Shown here: piece by piece, positions 40,551 to 51,549 of the stretch
Numbering within the stretch: position 1 is the stretch's first letter
Layout of the letters: the number at the start of each line of letters is the position of its first letter
Source: Cyanophyceae cyanobacterium
Lineage (GTDB): Bacteria; Cyanobacteriota; Cyanobacteriia; Cyanobacteriales; Laspinemataceae
NCBI GenBank assembly: GCA_038321985.1
Contig: JBBQFN010000017.1
Span: 1 to 64,000 of the forward strand
Length of the DNA stretch: 64,000 nucleotides
Direction: 5' to 3'
Notes under the pieces: model-generated
Told to the model about the DNA's origin: nothing
Seen by the model: only the letters and a program-made list of their open reading frames with translations
Databases searched by the model: none
Position numbers and translations under genes: made by a program

Positions 40551-42023
40551 GTGTTATTCAATTCTTATGTGTTCATTTTCGGGTTTCTGCCGGTCACCTT
40601 GTTGGTCTATTTTGGGTTGACTCGGTTGCACTATGTGAAGGCGGCGATAGTTTGGATGGCGATCGCCTCGTTGTTCTTTTACGGTTACTGGAATCCGGCT
40701 TATCTGCTGTTACTGCTGATTTCCATTGGTCTAAACTATACCCTGGGCAGGGCGATCGCCTCTAGTCCACTCAGGGGCGATCAGGCTAAATTCCTACTGA
40801 TTTTCGGTATTTTGATTAATCTAGCCCTAATTGGCTATTACAAATATGCCGAATTTTTCCTGAGTTTCCTCAATAGCGCGTTTAAGTGGAGTTGGCCGAC
40901 TCCCGAGATCCTTCTCCCCCTAGCAATTTCATTCTACACCTTTACCCAAGTCGCCTATCTGGTGGATGCATACCGGGGAGAAACTAAGGACTCCAATTAT
41001 GATTTAATCACCTACAGTCTGTTTGTCTCCTTTTATCCGCAATTAATCGCGGGGCCTATTTTGCGCCATGACGAACTGATTCCCCAGCTGCGATCGGTCA
41101 GAAATTTTATTTTTTCAGATAAAAATTTTGCCCTGGGTTTAACCCTATTTATCTTGGGATTATCCAAAAAAATGCTGATTGCGGATAATTTATCCCCTTG
41201 GGTTGCACCAGTGTTTAATCATGCGGAGTCGGTGACATTTCTGGAAGCCTGGATTGGGGCCTTGAGCTATACGTTTCAATTGTATTTTGATTTTTCGGGC
41301 TATTCCGATATGGCGATCGGCTTAGGGTGGATGGTCAATATCAACCTACCGATTAATTTTAATTCTCCCTATAAAGCGAGTTCAATTATTGACTTTTGGC
41401 GGCGTTGGCATATTACCCTTTCGGCATTTTTGAGAGATTACCTTTATATTCCCCTGGGGGGCAGCCGCAAGGGAGAAATTCGCCGCATTAGTAATTTGAT
41501 GATTACCATGCTTTTAGGGGGTCTGTGGCATGGTGCTGGATGGACTTATGTGATTTGGGGGGGAATGCATGGGTTATTTTTGGGCATTAATCATATCTGG
41601 CGCAAGCTGGGGATTTCCCTGCCGAAATTTGTAGGAGTGACGGTCACTTTTTTGGCAGTCGTTACCAGTTGGGTATTATTTCGGGCCACTACATTTCAAG
41701 ATGCTTTAGAACTTTTACAGGCAATGGTGGGAATGAAGGGAATTATTTTACCGGATACTTTTCAAGGGGTTTTAGGTTGGATTCCAATTGGAGGAATTTT
41801 TCTGGGATGGCAACCTTTAAATTACTTGCCAAGTATCGGAGGGGGCTATAGTCTGTTCATGTTAGCGATCGTCATGCTGGGGGTGATGAAGTTGCCCAAT
41901 ACAATGGAAACGATCGCGCGGATTACCCCTAAGATAGGGTGGGGGTTAGGAATAGCCACTTTAGCAACGGCTTGTCTGCTTTCCTTGAATCGAATTTCAG
42001 AATTTTTGTACTTTCAATTTTGA
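40551..42023 (+). CDS. MBOAT-family O-acyltransferase (AlgI/PatA/DltB-like)
   Basis: MLFNSYVF, PLAISFYTF, QLYFDFSGYSDMA, FWRRWHITLS and GLWHGA motifs; ends EFLYFQF. GTG start. Confidence 0.95.
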   Translation: MLFNSYVFIFGFLPVTLLVYFGLTRLHYVKAAIVWMAIASLFFYGYWNPAYLLLLLISIGLNYTLGRAIASSPLRGDQAKFLLIFGILINLALIGYYKYAEFFLSFLNSAFKWSWPTPEILLPLAISFYTFTQVAYLVDAYRGETKDSNYDLITYSLFVSFYPQLIAGPILRHDELIPQLRSVRNFIFSDKNFALGLTLFILGLSKKMLIADNLSPWVAPVFNHAESVTFLEAWIGALSYTFQLYFDFSGYSDMAIGLGWMVNINLPINFNSPYKASSIIDFWRRWHITLSAFLRDYLYIPLGGSRKGEIRRISNLMITMLLGGLWHGAGWTYVIWGGMHGLFLGINHIWRKLGISLPKFVGVTVTFLAVVTSWVLFRATTFQDALELLQAMVGMKGIILPDTFQGVLGWIPIGGIFLGWQPLNYLPSIGGGYSLFMLAIVMLGVMKLPNTMETIARITPKIGWGLGIATLATACLLSLNRISEFLYFQF

Positions 42024-42031
42024 ACGATTAT

Positions 42032-43180
42032 ATGAAAGAGTATCAACGGTATATTAAAATTATTTTTTCTGTAATATTGATGCAGTTTGTTACGATTAGT
42101 GCCTTTAATATTGCCATCGATCCTTACAGTGTATTCAATAGTCCAATTGGGTTAGGGCTTAATCAAGTCAAGCCGGAAAAACATAAACAGGTGCGGATGT
42201 TTAAAGCCATTGATGTTATCAAAATTCAACCGGCTATGGTGTTTATCGGGTCCTCTAGGACAGAGTTTGGTCTGGACACTGCTCATCCGTTTGTAGCCGG
42301 GATACAGCCGGGATATAATTTAGGAATTACCGGGGCGAATATCTATGAAGCACGGCGATATTTTGAACACGCGATCGCCAATAATCCTAACATAAAAAAA
42401 GCAGTGATTGGAACTGATTTTTTTATGTTTGGTAATAACAAAAAAAGCCAAGCTGACTTTTCAGAAAATCGCTTATTAATTTCTTATATTACCCTGCAAG
42501 ATAAGTTAAATTCTAGTTTTTCTTGGGGGGCTACTCGGGGAAGCTTGAAGACCATTAAAGTCAATCAAAGCCATGGTGATAGGGTGGGACATTTTTACCC
42601 CGATGGCCGGAGAAATCCAGCTTATTATATCCAAGATATTTATGGAGGTCTTCAAGGCGTAGATATTATGGAAGACCTTTTAAAAAAAAATGATTTTTTT
42701 CAAGCAAAAAAAAGAGGGCAACTCTACGAAATTTCCCATTTAGAAGAAGTAAAAAATATCGTAAAATTATGTCAGGAAAACCAGATTGAATGTCATCTGT
42801 TTATCTCTCCCTCTCATGTAACTCAGTGGGAGTCACTTCGGTTATCCGGAGCTTGGGAAGTTTTTGAAGACTGGAAGCGTAAATTGGCAGAAATTACGCC
42901 GGTTTGGGATTTTTCGGGTTATAACAGCATTACGACAGAACCCCTGAGTCACAAGATGAAAAATTATATGGATAATTCTCATTATCGGAAAGAAATCGGC
43001 GATTTAGTCTTAAATCGGATCGGTCAATATAATGAAGATATAGTCCCCGCAGATTTTGGAGTATTATTAACTCCAGAAACCGTAGATAATCACTTACAAA
43101 AAATTAGAGAAGACCAGAAAAAGTGGGCAAATAATAATCCAGATGTTGTCGGTTTTGTAGAAAATCTTTTTAAAGATTAA
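42032..43180 (+). CDS. Membrane-anchored SGNH-like partner of the MBOAT (AlgJ/DltD-like)
   Basis: N-terminal TM followed by DPY; GSSR (putative nucleophile Ser) and DNSH (DxxH); starts 8 nt after the MBOAT stop. Confidence 0.7.
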   Translation: MKEYQRYIKIIFSVILMQFVTISAFNIAIDPYSVFNSPIGLGLNQVKPEKHKQVRMFKAIDVIKIQPAMVFIGSSRTEFGLDTAHPFVAGIQPGYNLGITGANIYEARRYFEHAIANNPNIKKAVIGTDFFMFGNNKKSQADFSENRLLISYITLQDKLNSSFSWGATRGSLKTIKVNQSHGDRVGHFYPDGRRNPAYYIQDIYGGLQGVDIMEDLLKKNDFFQAKKRGQLYEISHLEEVKNIVKLCQENQIECHLFISPSHVTQWESLRLSGAWEVFEDWKRKLAEITPVWDFSGYNSITTEPLSHKMKNYMDNSHYRKEIGDLVLNRIGQYNEDIVPADFGVLLTPETVDNHLQKIREDQKKWANNNPDVVGFVENLFKD

Positions 43181-43212
43181 GTCGAATTCATGATGGTTAA
43201 CTTTAAAATATT

Positions 43213-44166
43213 TTAATCTTCTGGATGTTCAGTGATTAATTCCTGCCTAATTTTATCCCAAGACAATGATCGAATGTTGAACCAGGCATCAGCAAACAGA
43301 CTCCCAAGGGTCAGAATCCCGTTGGAGTCAAAATGCAGTAAGTCTTTATGTAGAGATAAATTGCGAGTTTCAACAGCCCGAGTATGGGGAATAGTAGTCT
43401 GGACATTGAGTTGAGCCGATCGCACCATATCCCCGCAACAGTTTATCGTGTTATTCGGCTTTTTATGCTGATTTCCAAAGTGAACCATTCCGTAGACCAA
43501 GGGAAGGTTTGGTCGGTTAAAATCCTGACGAATGGTTTGGATAAAGTGGGTGAGATTAGATTCATAGTCTTGGGCCATTTCCAGATGACTGGCATCGCTT
43601 TCTCCTTGCATCCAGAAAAACCCTGAAACCTCTACGGTATAACCCAAAGCAGATAAGTCGGCGATCGCCTGGAAAACTCGCTGTTTCAGGCGAGGATAGA
43701 GGGTATCTTTTGGATCACCGTTGGCATCTAAACCCGGATCCCATTGGGTGGCGAGATTCGTCCCATTTCGAGAATATTTGACCAACGCGACGGTTTCATT
43801 CAACCCATTGGCAAGATTCTGTCCCAGAGAAATTTCGGGTCCAAATCCGACGGAATTGTTCACTTTATGACTATGTTCGGGATGATAAGCCTCGAAGGGA
43901 GGAACAGGGAGAGAAGGGTCTGGAGAGAGTAAGGGTTCTGTAGGTGCTTCTAGGGGAACCCACTGGTCCTGGCGATCGTACCAGAGTACATTCTTTTGGG
44001 ATTGGCGCAGGCGATCGGGCAAGTCCTCTATATGGGATTGATAACCTAGCATATTCGATTGTCCTGCCAAAATAAAAAGTTTAATCCATAATGCTTGAGA
44101 ACGGTTCATGGAAAACACCAAAAAGGTAGAGATGAGTGCCAATCTAGTTGTTTGCTTGAGATTCAT
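43213..44166 (-). CDS. Sialate O-acetylesterase (SASA/DUF303, CE6-like)
   Basis: LAGQSNM, WMQGESDA and DLLH motifs; signal-peptide-like N-terminus from ATG 44166. Confidence 0.88.
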   Translation of the reverse strand: MNLKQTTRLALISTFLVFSMNRSQALWIKLFILAGQSNMLGYQSHIEDLPDRLRQSQKNVLWYDRQDQWVPLEAPTEPLLSPDPSLPVPPFEAYHPEHSHKVNNSVGFGPEISLGQNLANGLNETVALVKYSRNGTNLATQWDPGLDANGDPKDTLYPRLKQRVFQAIADLSALGYTVEVSGFFWMQGESDASHLEMAQDYESNLTHFIQTIRQDFNRPNLPLVYGMVHFGNQHKKPNNTINCCGDMVRSAQLNVQTTIPHTRAVETRNLSLHKDLLHFDSNGILTLGSLFADAWFNIRSLSWDKIRQELITEHPED

Positions 44167-44251
44167 AGAAGTTGTTCGGGTTGGTTTATGACGTTGCGAT
44201 CGCGCCTCCCTGTTCTCTATGTTTAGGAAGAAATGCAGCAATCGCGCCCCA

Positions 44252-45220
44252 TCATTCAGTTTTGGAAAATCGCACCTTAAGAATTTTCAGGAATTTTCGA
44301 GCCTGTTGAGGAGGTAGCAAAATTCCAGCTATTATTTTAAAAAATACAATTGACATGAGTCGGTTTTGCCGTCGTAGCATTCCCGGATTGTTAATTACGG
44401 CATACCAAAAACATCGGCTAGCAATCAGACATTGTATCCGCGAGGGATTGCCTGTGAGCGCCCGAAACATAAGATACTGATAAAAGTTAGCAATACTGGG
44501 CTTTTTGAGGGATTGTAAGGACTCAGAACCCAAAGATAAGGCGCGCTCAATAACTTTCAATCCCTGGATTTCCATTTTAGAAATATTGGCAGAGCTGGCA
44601 CTGGGCGACATCCGATATAAAATTTGAGGCTGCGGTACGGCGACAAAATGATAGCGTGCTGCCAATCGCAACCACATATCCCAATCTTCTGCTGGAGAAA
44701 GCGAACTATCGAACTCACCCACTTTTACTAAAGCGTGGCGACGAATTAAGGGGTTAGAGCCATTTTCTATAAAGTTTTTGAATAAAAGTTTGGCAGTCAC
44801 ATCACCGTTAATGGAGATGTGACTGCCGTGATATAAAAAATTACCCGCTTCATCGATATAATCAGTCCAGCTATAAGCGACAGCGGCATGAGGATTTTCT
44901 TGCAGTGCCTTCAATTGCGCTTCTAGTTTATCCGGTGTCCATAAATCATCAGCATCTAAAAAAGAAATATACTCGCCCCTGGCTCGCTCGATTCCCCGAT
45001 TGCGGCTGACGGCAACTCCTGCATTTGGGTAAGAAAAAACTTGAACTCGTGGGTCTTTTATCGTCGCAATTTTTTCTAAACTTTCATCAGTTGAACCATC
45101 ATTTATCACTATAATTTCTAAGTTTGATAAGGTCTGTTTTAAAACGGAATTGAGAGTTTTGTTGATAGTTTTTTGATTATTGAAAATTGGAATAATTACA
45201 GAAATGAGGGGCATGAGCAT
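44252..45220 (-). CDS. Family 2 glycosyltransferase
   Basis: ISVIIP, NDGSTD, FLDADD and EDWDMWLR motifs. Confidence 0.93.
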   Translation of the reverse strand: MLMPLISVIIPIFNNQKTINKTLNSVLKQTLSNLEIIVINDGSTDESLEKIATIKDPRVQVFSYPNAGVAVSRNRGIERARGEYISFLDADDLWTPDKLEAQLKALQENPHAAVAYSWTDYIDEAGNFLYHGSHISINGDVTAKLLFKNFIENGSNPLIRRHALVKVGEFDSSLSPAEDWDMWLRLAARYHFVAVPQPQILYRMSPSASSANISKMEIQGLKVIERALSLGSESLQSLKKPSIANFYQYLMFRALTGNPSRIQCLIASRCFWYAVINNPGMLRRQNRLMSIVFFKIIAGILLPPQQARKFLKILKVRFSKTE

Positions 45221-45244
45221 ATAATTTTCAATACAATTGTAGCT

Positions 45245-46231
45245 TTAGAACGCATCTAGACGAACATAACCCAGTAAGGTAATAGGATTCGCAAATCCTT
45301 TCATTTTGGTTCTAAATGTGCCAGCCTGAGCCGGAGGAAGCAAAGCAATTACGAATACTTGAAATAAGACTTTAAAGATAACTTTTTTTCGCATCAGTAC
45401 CGGATCGTACCGGATTGCTTGGGATAAAAAGCGCAGAGCTGCTATAGCTTTGAGGCGTTGTGGATTTCCTTCCAACGCTTTAAAGGTCAAAAATTTATAC
45501 AGATTTCCTAGACTCTGAGGCTTAAGGTGCTGTAAGAATTCAGGAGCCTGACGATAAGCGCGATCAAGAACGCGCAAACAACCAGTTTCAAGTTTAAACA
45601 CGTTAGCCGACAGAGAATTTGCAGAGATTCGATACAACACTTGCGATCGCGGCACCGTCACGAAAGAGTGCTTGATAGCCAATCTTAAATACAAATCCCA
45701 ATCCTGTCCCGCAGGCAGTGACTCGTCAAAGCCTCCAACTGCTAGTAAAGCCTGCCGCCGAATTAAGGGATTAGAACCATTTTCTAAAATATCCATCATC
45801 AACAGCTTTGGCAGCCCATCACCATTGATCGTGATATGGCCACCCCGACGCAAAAAGCGGCTTGATTCATCAATGCAGTCGCTCCAACTATAGGCGATGT
45901 CAGCTTGAGGATTGGTTTTCAACGCTACCAATTGGGCTTCTAATTTATCGGAAGTCCACAGATCATCTGCATCTAAAAATGCAATATATTCACCGCTTGT
46001 TTGGGCAAATCCTCTATTGCGACTGGTAGAAGCACCACTATTCAGATAGGAAAATACTTTAATGCGCGGATCGGGAATCTGCGAAACGATTTCCCCCGTG
46101 GTATCAGTAGAGCCATCATTAATAATAATTACTTCAAAATCTTCAAAAGTTTGATTTAAAACAGAATCCACGGTTTCTTTAATCGTTTTTTCAGCATTAT
46201 AAGCTGGAATAATTACTGAAATTGTTGGCAT
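45245..46231 (-). CDS. Family 2 glycosyltransferase
   Basis: ISVIIPAYN, NDGSTD and FLDADD motifs; paralog of the neighbouring GT2. Confidence 0.93.
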   Translation of the reverse strand: MPTISVIIPAYNAEKTIKETVDSVLNQTFEDFEVIIINDGSTDTTGEIVSQIPDPRIKVFSYLNSGASTSRNRGFAQTSGEYIAFLDADDLWTSDKLEAQLVALKTNPQADIAYSWSDCIDESSRFLRRGGHITINGDGLPKLLMMDILENGSNPLIRRQALLAVGGFDESLPAGQDWDLYLRLAIKHSFVTVPRSQVLYRISANSLSANVFKLETGCLRVLDRAYRQAPEFLQHLKPQSLGNLYKFLTFKALEGNPQRLKAIAALRFLSQAIRYDPVLMRKKVIFKVLFQVFVIALLPPAQAGTFRTKMKGFANPITLLGYVRLDAF

Positions 46232-46232
46232 A

Positions 46233-47225
46233 TTATTTCCCCTCGTTGTTTTCTCCAGTCCCTAATTTTCCAGTCTGGGCATTTTTTATCCAATAAAACG
46301 GACTGAGCAGACTACCCCGATAAAACTCCATTTCAAAGGCTGGTATTAACTCGTTTTTCAGCTTATCTCCATACTTGAGGCGATGTTGAATTATGCGCCG
46401 CAGATTTCCGGCAATTGTTTTGGCCCAAATCCCTGGCTTGTCCTTTGTTTTAGCATTAATCATCCGTAACTGGCAAGTTGCTACGCCACAGGCACGCGCT
46501 AAGGATAACAAATAGTCTCGTTCTAGCCGCCAAGAGGGAATTTGATGATTGATATGCATAGCTGGATTGTACCAGATTTCCCACCCGGTTTTATGCAGAT
46601 ACAACAAGGGTGCATAATCATCTCCTCTTGCTAAGGCATCTCCTTGATTTCCTACAACTTTAGGAGTATTTGGTACTGCTTCGCGCCATGCTCGTTTACG
46701 AACGACTAATCCGGCACCGGGAGGCAATCGTAACTGATCAGGGTCAAATAAAAAGGGTTTGGGTCCATGTTCACGAATGGCTAAAAATGCCGCAATTTTT
46801 TTAAAGTTTTCTGGGGGTTCTACTTCAAATTCTCCGTGAATTTGCCCGCTGAATGCTCCAGCTTGAGGATGGTTATTGCCAAATTCATAAGCAGCGGCTA
46901 TCCAGTCTATTGCCGGGATATTATCATCATCTAAAAAAGCCAGAAATGTTCCCTTTGCTTCTTGGATAGCTCGTTCTCTGGCAAAGGCGAGTCCTTGTTG
47001 TCCTTCAAAGTAGTATCTTAGAGGATAATTGGGTTGCCAATGGGTTTGATACTCTTGGATAACTTGAGCGGTGTTGTCACTGCTATTGTTATCAATAATG
47101 ATGATTTCCCAGGCGATATTTTCAGTTTGAACTTGATGGCGCAGGGCGTCTAATACTTGGGGTAAACGAGTCGCACCGTTATAGGTTGGTATGGCTACGG
47201 TTAGGTCTAATGAATCGGTATTCAT
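46233..47225 (-). CDS. HpsE-like family 2 glycosyltransferase
   Basis: TVAIPTYNG, DNNSSD, FLDDDN, PPGAGL and GWEIWYNPAM motifs. Confidence 0.85.
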   Translation of the reverse strand: MNTDSLDLTVAIPTYNGATRLPQVLDALRHQVQTENIAWEIIIIDNNSSDNTAQVIQEYQTHWQPNYPLRYYFEGQQGLAFARERAIQEAKGTFLAFLDDDNIPAIDWIAAAYEFGNNHPQAGAFSGQIHGEFEVEPPENFKKIAAFLAIREHGPKPFLFDPDQLRLPPGAGLVVRKRAWREAVPNTPKVVGNQGDALARGDDYAPLLYLHKTGWEIWYNPAMHINHQIPSWRLERDYLLSLARACGVATCQLRMINAKTKDKPGIWAKTIAGNLRRIIQHRLKYGDKLKNELIPAFEMEFYRGSLLSPFYWIKNAQTGKLGTGENNEGK

Positions 47226-47288
47226 AACTGGAAAATTCCATTACTGATATGGATTCTTTGATGTGAGTCTGGGTCAAGAATCGGCCAT

Positions 47289-48287
47289 TTATTCTCCTGC
47301 GATCGCCCCTTTTTTAGAGAACTCTCTAGGCTTTTTATTTCGATCCAAATAGCCGTTACGCCACAGATAAAAAAAGCTGTTTAAACTACTAACCAATAAC
47401 TGTCTTTCACAAGCGGCGATCGCATCGGGAACCTGAATCCCATATCGGAGGATATGCGCGGCCAATTTTCGTAAGTCGTTGGCGAAGTAAGCGGTGGTCA
47501 AAACCGGCTTTAATATCGGCTTTACCCCCACCATCCGCGTGACATATCGACTCAACCCAATCCCTCGAAAAAACGGAATTAAATACTCCGGATCTAAGCG
47601 TTGCCGGGGAATTTTATGGACAACCTGCATCGCAGGATTATACCAAATTTCCCAGCCTTGCAATTTAATATAGGCGATCGCTTCTAAATCCTCTCCCGTA
47701 AGCATACTGCCCGGAGTTCGGCCATTGAGAATGCTATTTTCCGGTACGCTGTCTCGCCAGACTTGGGTGCGGGCTACTAACCCAGCAGACGGAGGCAATA
47801 AATTTTTATGGGGGGAATAGAGTAACGGTTTTGAACCCCGACGGGTAATGGCTAAAAAGCAGATTAAGCGATTAAAATTGGGCGGCGGTTCTATTTCAAA
47901 GTCCGGGGAAATTAAACTCCCATAAGCACCGGCTTTCGGATGTTGTTGGGCAAATTCATAGGCAGCAGATACCCAATTTGAGGCTGGGATATTGTCATCA
48001 TCCAGAAACCCAATTAAAGGACTCTTGACCTCTTTAACGGCCCGTCTACGAGCGTGAGCCGCCCCCTGTTCGGGTTCAAAGCAATAGTGCAAAGGTCCGA
48101 TTCCATCCCATTGCGCTTGATAGTCTCGCAGAATTGGGGCGGTGTTGTCGCTGCTGTTGTTATCAACCACTAGAATTTCCCAGGAAAACCCTTCGGTGTT
48201 GACTTGCGATCGCAGTGCCTCTAACACTTCTGGAAAGCGCTTTTCCCCGTTATAGGTGCAAATTGCAACGGTTAAATCAACCCCCAT
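47289..48287 (-). CDS. HpsE-like family 2 glycosyltransferase
   Basis: TVAICTYNG, DNNSSD, FLDDDN, PPSAGL, GEDLE and GWEIWYNPAM motifs. Confidence 0.85.
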   Translation of the reverse strand: MGVDLTVAICTYNGEKRFPEVLEALRSQVNTEGFSWEILVVDNNSSDNTAPILRDYQAQWDGIGPLHYCFEPEQGAAHARRRAVKEVKSPLIGFLDDDNIPASNWVSAAYEFAQQHPKAGAYGSLISPDFEIEPPPNFNRLICFLAITRRGSKPLLYSPHKNLLPPSAGLVARTQVWRDSVPENSILNGRTPGSMLTGEDLEAIAYIKLQGWEIWYNPAMQVVHKIPRQRLDPEYLIPFFRGIGLSRYVTRMVGVKPILKPVLTTAYFANDLRKLAAHILRYGIQVPDAIAACERQLLVSSLNSFFYLWRNGYLDRNKKPREFSKKGAIAGE

Positions 48288-48420
48288 CTTTCACTACTCC
48301 CTTGCCCTAAACAGTGCTATGGTTTCTCTGCCCTTTTGAAAACTCCAAGCCCTAAAATTTAACTATCCAATTTGGGGAAGGACAGGGTGCTACCCTGTCC
48401 CTTTCATCAAAATAGCCCTT

Positions 48421-51204
48421 TTAGGGAATCGGTTCACTCTTGACATCGATCGCCTCATCAATAAATCGACTGTTCAGCGGTTGAGTCTTGACTTCCTCAA
48501 CGGATTCAATCGGTTCCGGCGGTTCATCGGGCGGGATTACTGGCTTTTTTTGAACCGGAACCGGCGGTTTAGTATCAAAGGTCAATTTTGACGGTCCTCG
48601 GTCAATGTAAAGGGTATCTCCTGCAACAAATTTCCCTTCTAATAACAGAGTGGCGATCGGGTTTTCCAATTCTCGTTGAATCGCCCGCTTGAGGGGTCTG
48701 GCCCCATAAACTGGATCGTAACCGACTTCGGTAATATAATCCAGAGCTTCATCCATGAGACTAAGGGAAATTTTTTGCTCAGCCAATAGCTTATCCAAGC
48801 GCTTGATTTGAATTTTGACAATTTCGCTCAACTGCGATCGCGTCAAAGCGTGGAAGAGAATAATCTCATCCACCCGGTTCAGAAACTCCGGACGAAAGTG
48901 CTTCCGTAGCGCCAGCATCACCCGTTTTTGCATTTCTTCATAGCGGGAATCATCCCCGGCTAAGTCTAAAATGTGGTCACTGCCAATATTGCTCGTCATC
49001 ACAATCACGGTATTTCTAAAATCGACCAACCGCCCTTGGGAGTCGGTGATTCGTCCATCATCGAGCACTTGCAACAAAATATTAAACACATCGGGATGAG
49101 CCTTTTCTACCTCATCCAACAACACCACGGAATAAGGATTTCGGCGCACCACTTCCGAGAGTTGACCCCCTTCGTCATACCCCACATACCCCGGAGGCGC
49201 ACCCACTAACCGGGAAACCGAGTGTTTCTCCATATACTCGGACATATCCAGGCGCACCAGGGAGTCCTCGGTGTCAAATAGGACCTGAGACAAGGCGCGG
49301 GCGAGTTCAGTTTTACCGACCCCAGTCGGTCCCATAAATAGGAAGGAACCGATCGGGCGTCCGGGGTCCTTCATTCCAGCGCGTGCCCGACGAATGGCAG
49401 CAGAAACAGCCGAAACCGCTTCTTGTTGTCCAATTACCCGCTGATGGAGAAACGATTCCATTTGTAGCAGTTTCTGCCGTTCTGATTCCAACAGGCGATT
49501 AATGGGAATCCCGGTCCATTTGGCAACAATTTCGGCAATATCAGCTTCCGTGACTTGTTCTCGCAGTAAAGTAGAGCCACTGGCTTGCAACTTCAGCAGT
49601 TCGGCTTCTTTGGCTTCGCGATCGCGCTGTAACACCTCCAACTTGCCATATTTCAACTGCGCCGCCTTGTTCAAATCATAGTTGCGTTCGGCTTTTTCAA
49701 TCTCCACCCGCAAGCCATCTTCCTGTTCCTTGAGCGCATTAATGGCATTGAGCAAATCCTTCTCCGTCTGCCATTGATTGCTTAGTTGCTGCTGCTTGCC
49801 GGTTAGAGTGCTAATCTCCTGGGTAATCCGCCCTAATCGTTCCTGGGAAGCGCGATAGGCGTTAGTTCCCACCACCCCCGCACCTTCCCCTTCCAGGGAG
49901 AGTTTTTCCATTTCTAACTGCATCAACCGGCGATCTGCCGCTTCTAATTCCGTGGGTTTGGAGGTAATCTCCATTTTCAGCTTGGCTGCTGCTTCATCTA
50001 CCAAGTCGATCGCCTTATCGGGCAGAAAGCGATCGCTGATATAGCGATTGGACAAACTTGCCGCCGCCACCAATGCCGCATCCAGGATTTTTACCCCATG
50101 ATGCACCTCATAACGCTCTTTCAACCCCCGGAGGATGGAAATCGTATCATCCACCGTGGGTTGATCGACCATCACCTGCTGGAACCGACGCTCTAAAGCA
50201 GCATCTTTTTCGATATATTTGCGATATTCATCCAGGGTACTCGCCCCAATACAGCGCAGTTCCCCCCTTGCCAGCATAGGTTTAAGCAGGTTTCCCGCAT
50301 CCATTGTCCCTTGTCCCGCCCCGGTTCCGACTACCGTATGCAATTCATCAATAAACAGGACAATTTGACCGTCGGACTGGATCACTTCCCGCAGGACCGC
50401 CCGCAGCCTAGCTTCAAATTCACCTCGGAATTTGGCCCCAGCAATTAGACTGCCCATATCCAGGGAAATTAACTGCCGGTTTTTCAGGGATTCGGGGACA
50501 TCCCCATTAACAATTCGTTGAGCTAGGGCCTCAGCGATCGCGGTTTTACCCACCCCCGGTTCCCCAATTAACACGGGATTATTCTTAGTCCGTCGCGAGA
50601 GCACCTGAATTACCCGGCGGATTTCCTCATCTCGCCCAATTACCGGGTCTAGTTTGCCTTGTTTGGCTTGTTCGGTGAGGTCCCGTCCATACCGTTCTAG
50701 GGCTTCATATTCCGTTTCCGGACTTTGGTCTTTGACCTTAGAACTCCCCCGAATTTCCTTAATTGCCAGGTCCAGTTTTTGTTGCTCAAACGGGGTGCGG
50801 GCGTCAAGAGTAGAGGCTTTTAGGGCGCGACGTCCCAGGCGATCGTCTTCAGCAAAGGCCAGCAACATATGTTCGATGGAGATAAACTGGTCATCGAGAT
50901 TTTGCCTTGCTGTTTCGGCCTTATCTAATAACAGATCTAAACTGCGCCCGAGGTAAAGTTGGCTGGTATTGCCGACTTTAGCTTGACGAGATGCAAAGGT
51001 GCTAACTTGTTGTACAAGTTTCTCGGGAAGGATTCCCGCCTTAGTCAGGATACGCTGGGCGAGTCCTTCTTGTTGTTCTAAAAGGGCGATCGCTAAATGT
51101 TCTACCTCCAGTTGCTGATGTTGGTAGCGACGGGCGACGTCTTGGGACTTGACAATGGATTCCCAAGCTCGGTCTGTAAATTTGCTGGCGTCAGTAGGCT
51201 GCAT
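48421..51204 (-). CDS. clpB: ATP-dependent chaperone ClpB
   Basis: Two AAA+ domains ([16 protein letters not shown]), M-domain (AAQLKYG) and the MQPTD..KFT N-terminus. Confidence 0.97.
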   Translation of the reverse strand: MQPTDASKFTDRAWESIVKSQDVARRYQHQQLEVEHLAIALLEQQEGLAQRILTKAGILPEKLVQQVSTFASRQAKVGNTSQLYLGRSLDLLLDKAETARQNLDDQFISIEHMLLAFAEDDRLGRRALKASTLDARTPFEQQKLDLAIKEIRGSSKVKDQSPETEYEALERYGRDLTEQAKQGKLDPVIGRDEEIRRVIQVLSRRTKNNPVLIGEPGVGKTAIAEALAQRIVNGDVPESLKNRQLISLDMGSLIAGAKFRGEFEARLRAVLREVIQSDGQIVLFIDELHTVVGTGAGQGTMDAGNLLKPMLARGELRCIGASTLDEYRKYIEKDAALERRFQQVMVDQPTVDDTISILRGLKERYEVHHGVKILDAALVAAASLSNRYISDRFLPDKAIDLVDEAAAKLKMEITSKPTELEAADRRLMQLEMEKLSLEGEGAGVVGTNAYRASQERLGRITQEISTLTGKQQQLSNQWQTEKDLLNAINALKEQEDGLRVEIEKAERNYDLNKAAQLKYGKLEVLQRDREAKEAELLKLQASGSTLLREQVTEADIAEIVAKWTGIPINRLLESERQKLLQMESFLHQRVIGQQEAVSAVSAAIRRARAGMKDPGRPIGSFLFMGPTGVGKTELARALSQVLFDTEDSLVRLDMSEYMEKHSVSRLVGAPPGYVGYDEGGQLSEVVRRNPYSVVLLDEVEKAHPDVFNILLQVLDDGRITDSQGRLVDFRNTVIVMTSNIGSDHILDLAGDDSRYEEMQKRVMLALRKHFRPEFLNRVDEIILFHALTRSQLSEIVKIQIKRLDKLLAEQKISLSLMDEALDYITEVGYDPVYGARPLKRAIQRELENPIATLLLEGKFVAGDTLYIDRGPSKLTFDTKPPVPVQKKPVIPPDEPPEPIESVEEVKTQPLNSRFIDEAIDVKSEPIP

Positions 51205-51488
51205 CTTTTAAGTGCTGTCTGCCTCCAAAGGTATTTATTTAAGGGTTTAACCGGCTTAAATTAGCATCCGGACTATATAGCTATGGTATCTTATCGGAGT
51301 TTTTCGCTGAGCTCACCGTTTGCAATCCGGATCCAGAAGTCGTTCTCTTAATTGGGTGTCACGACTTTAGTCGTTTCCGCCTCCAACCTTACCTGTAGGT
51401 GGTTTGTTTGTTAAAAGGCGATCGCCTCCGAGCAAAGCCCCATACAATGACAGGACCACAGGGGCTTGTAAACCTGCGTCAGTTTTGA

Positions 51489-51549
51489 GGATAACGACTA
51501 AAGTCGTTACTACGAACCGGGGATAACGACTTTAGTCGTTACTACGAAC
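51489..51549. repeat. Tandem pair of 29-bp palindromic repeats
   Basis: GGATAACGACT(AA/TT)AGTCGTTACTACGAAC twice, with a 3-nt spacer; partial copy at 51361-51374. Confidence 0.85.

Noticed and set aside
51489..51549. 29-bp palindromic direct repeats as a CRISPR array
   Set aside because: Only two copies with a 3-nt spacer and no cas genes; fragments are dispersed elsewhere in the window.
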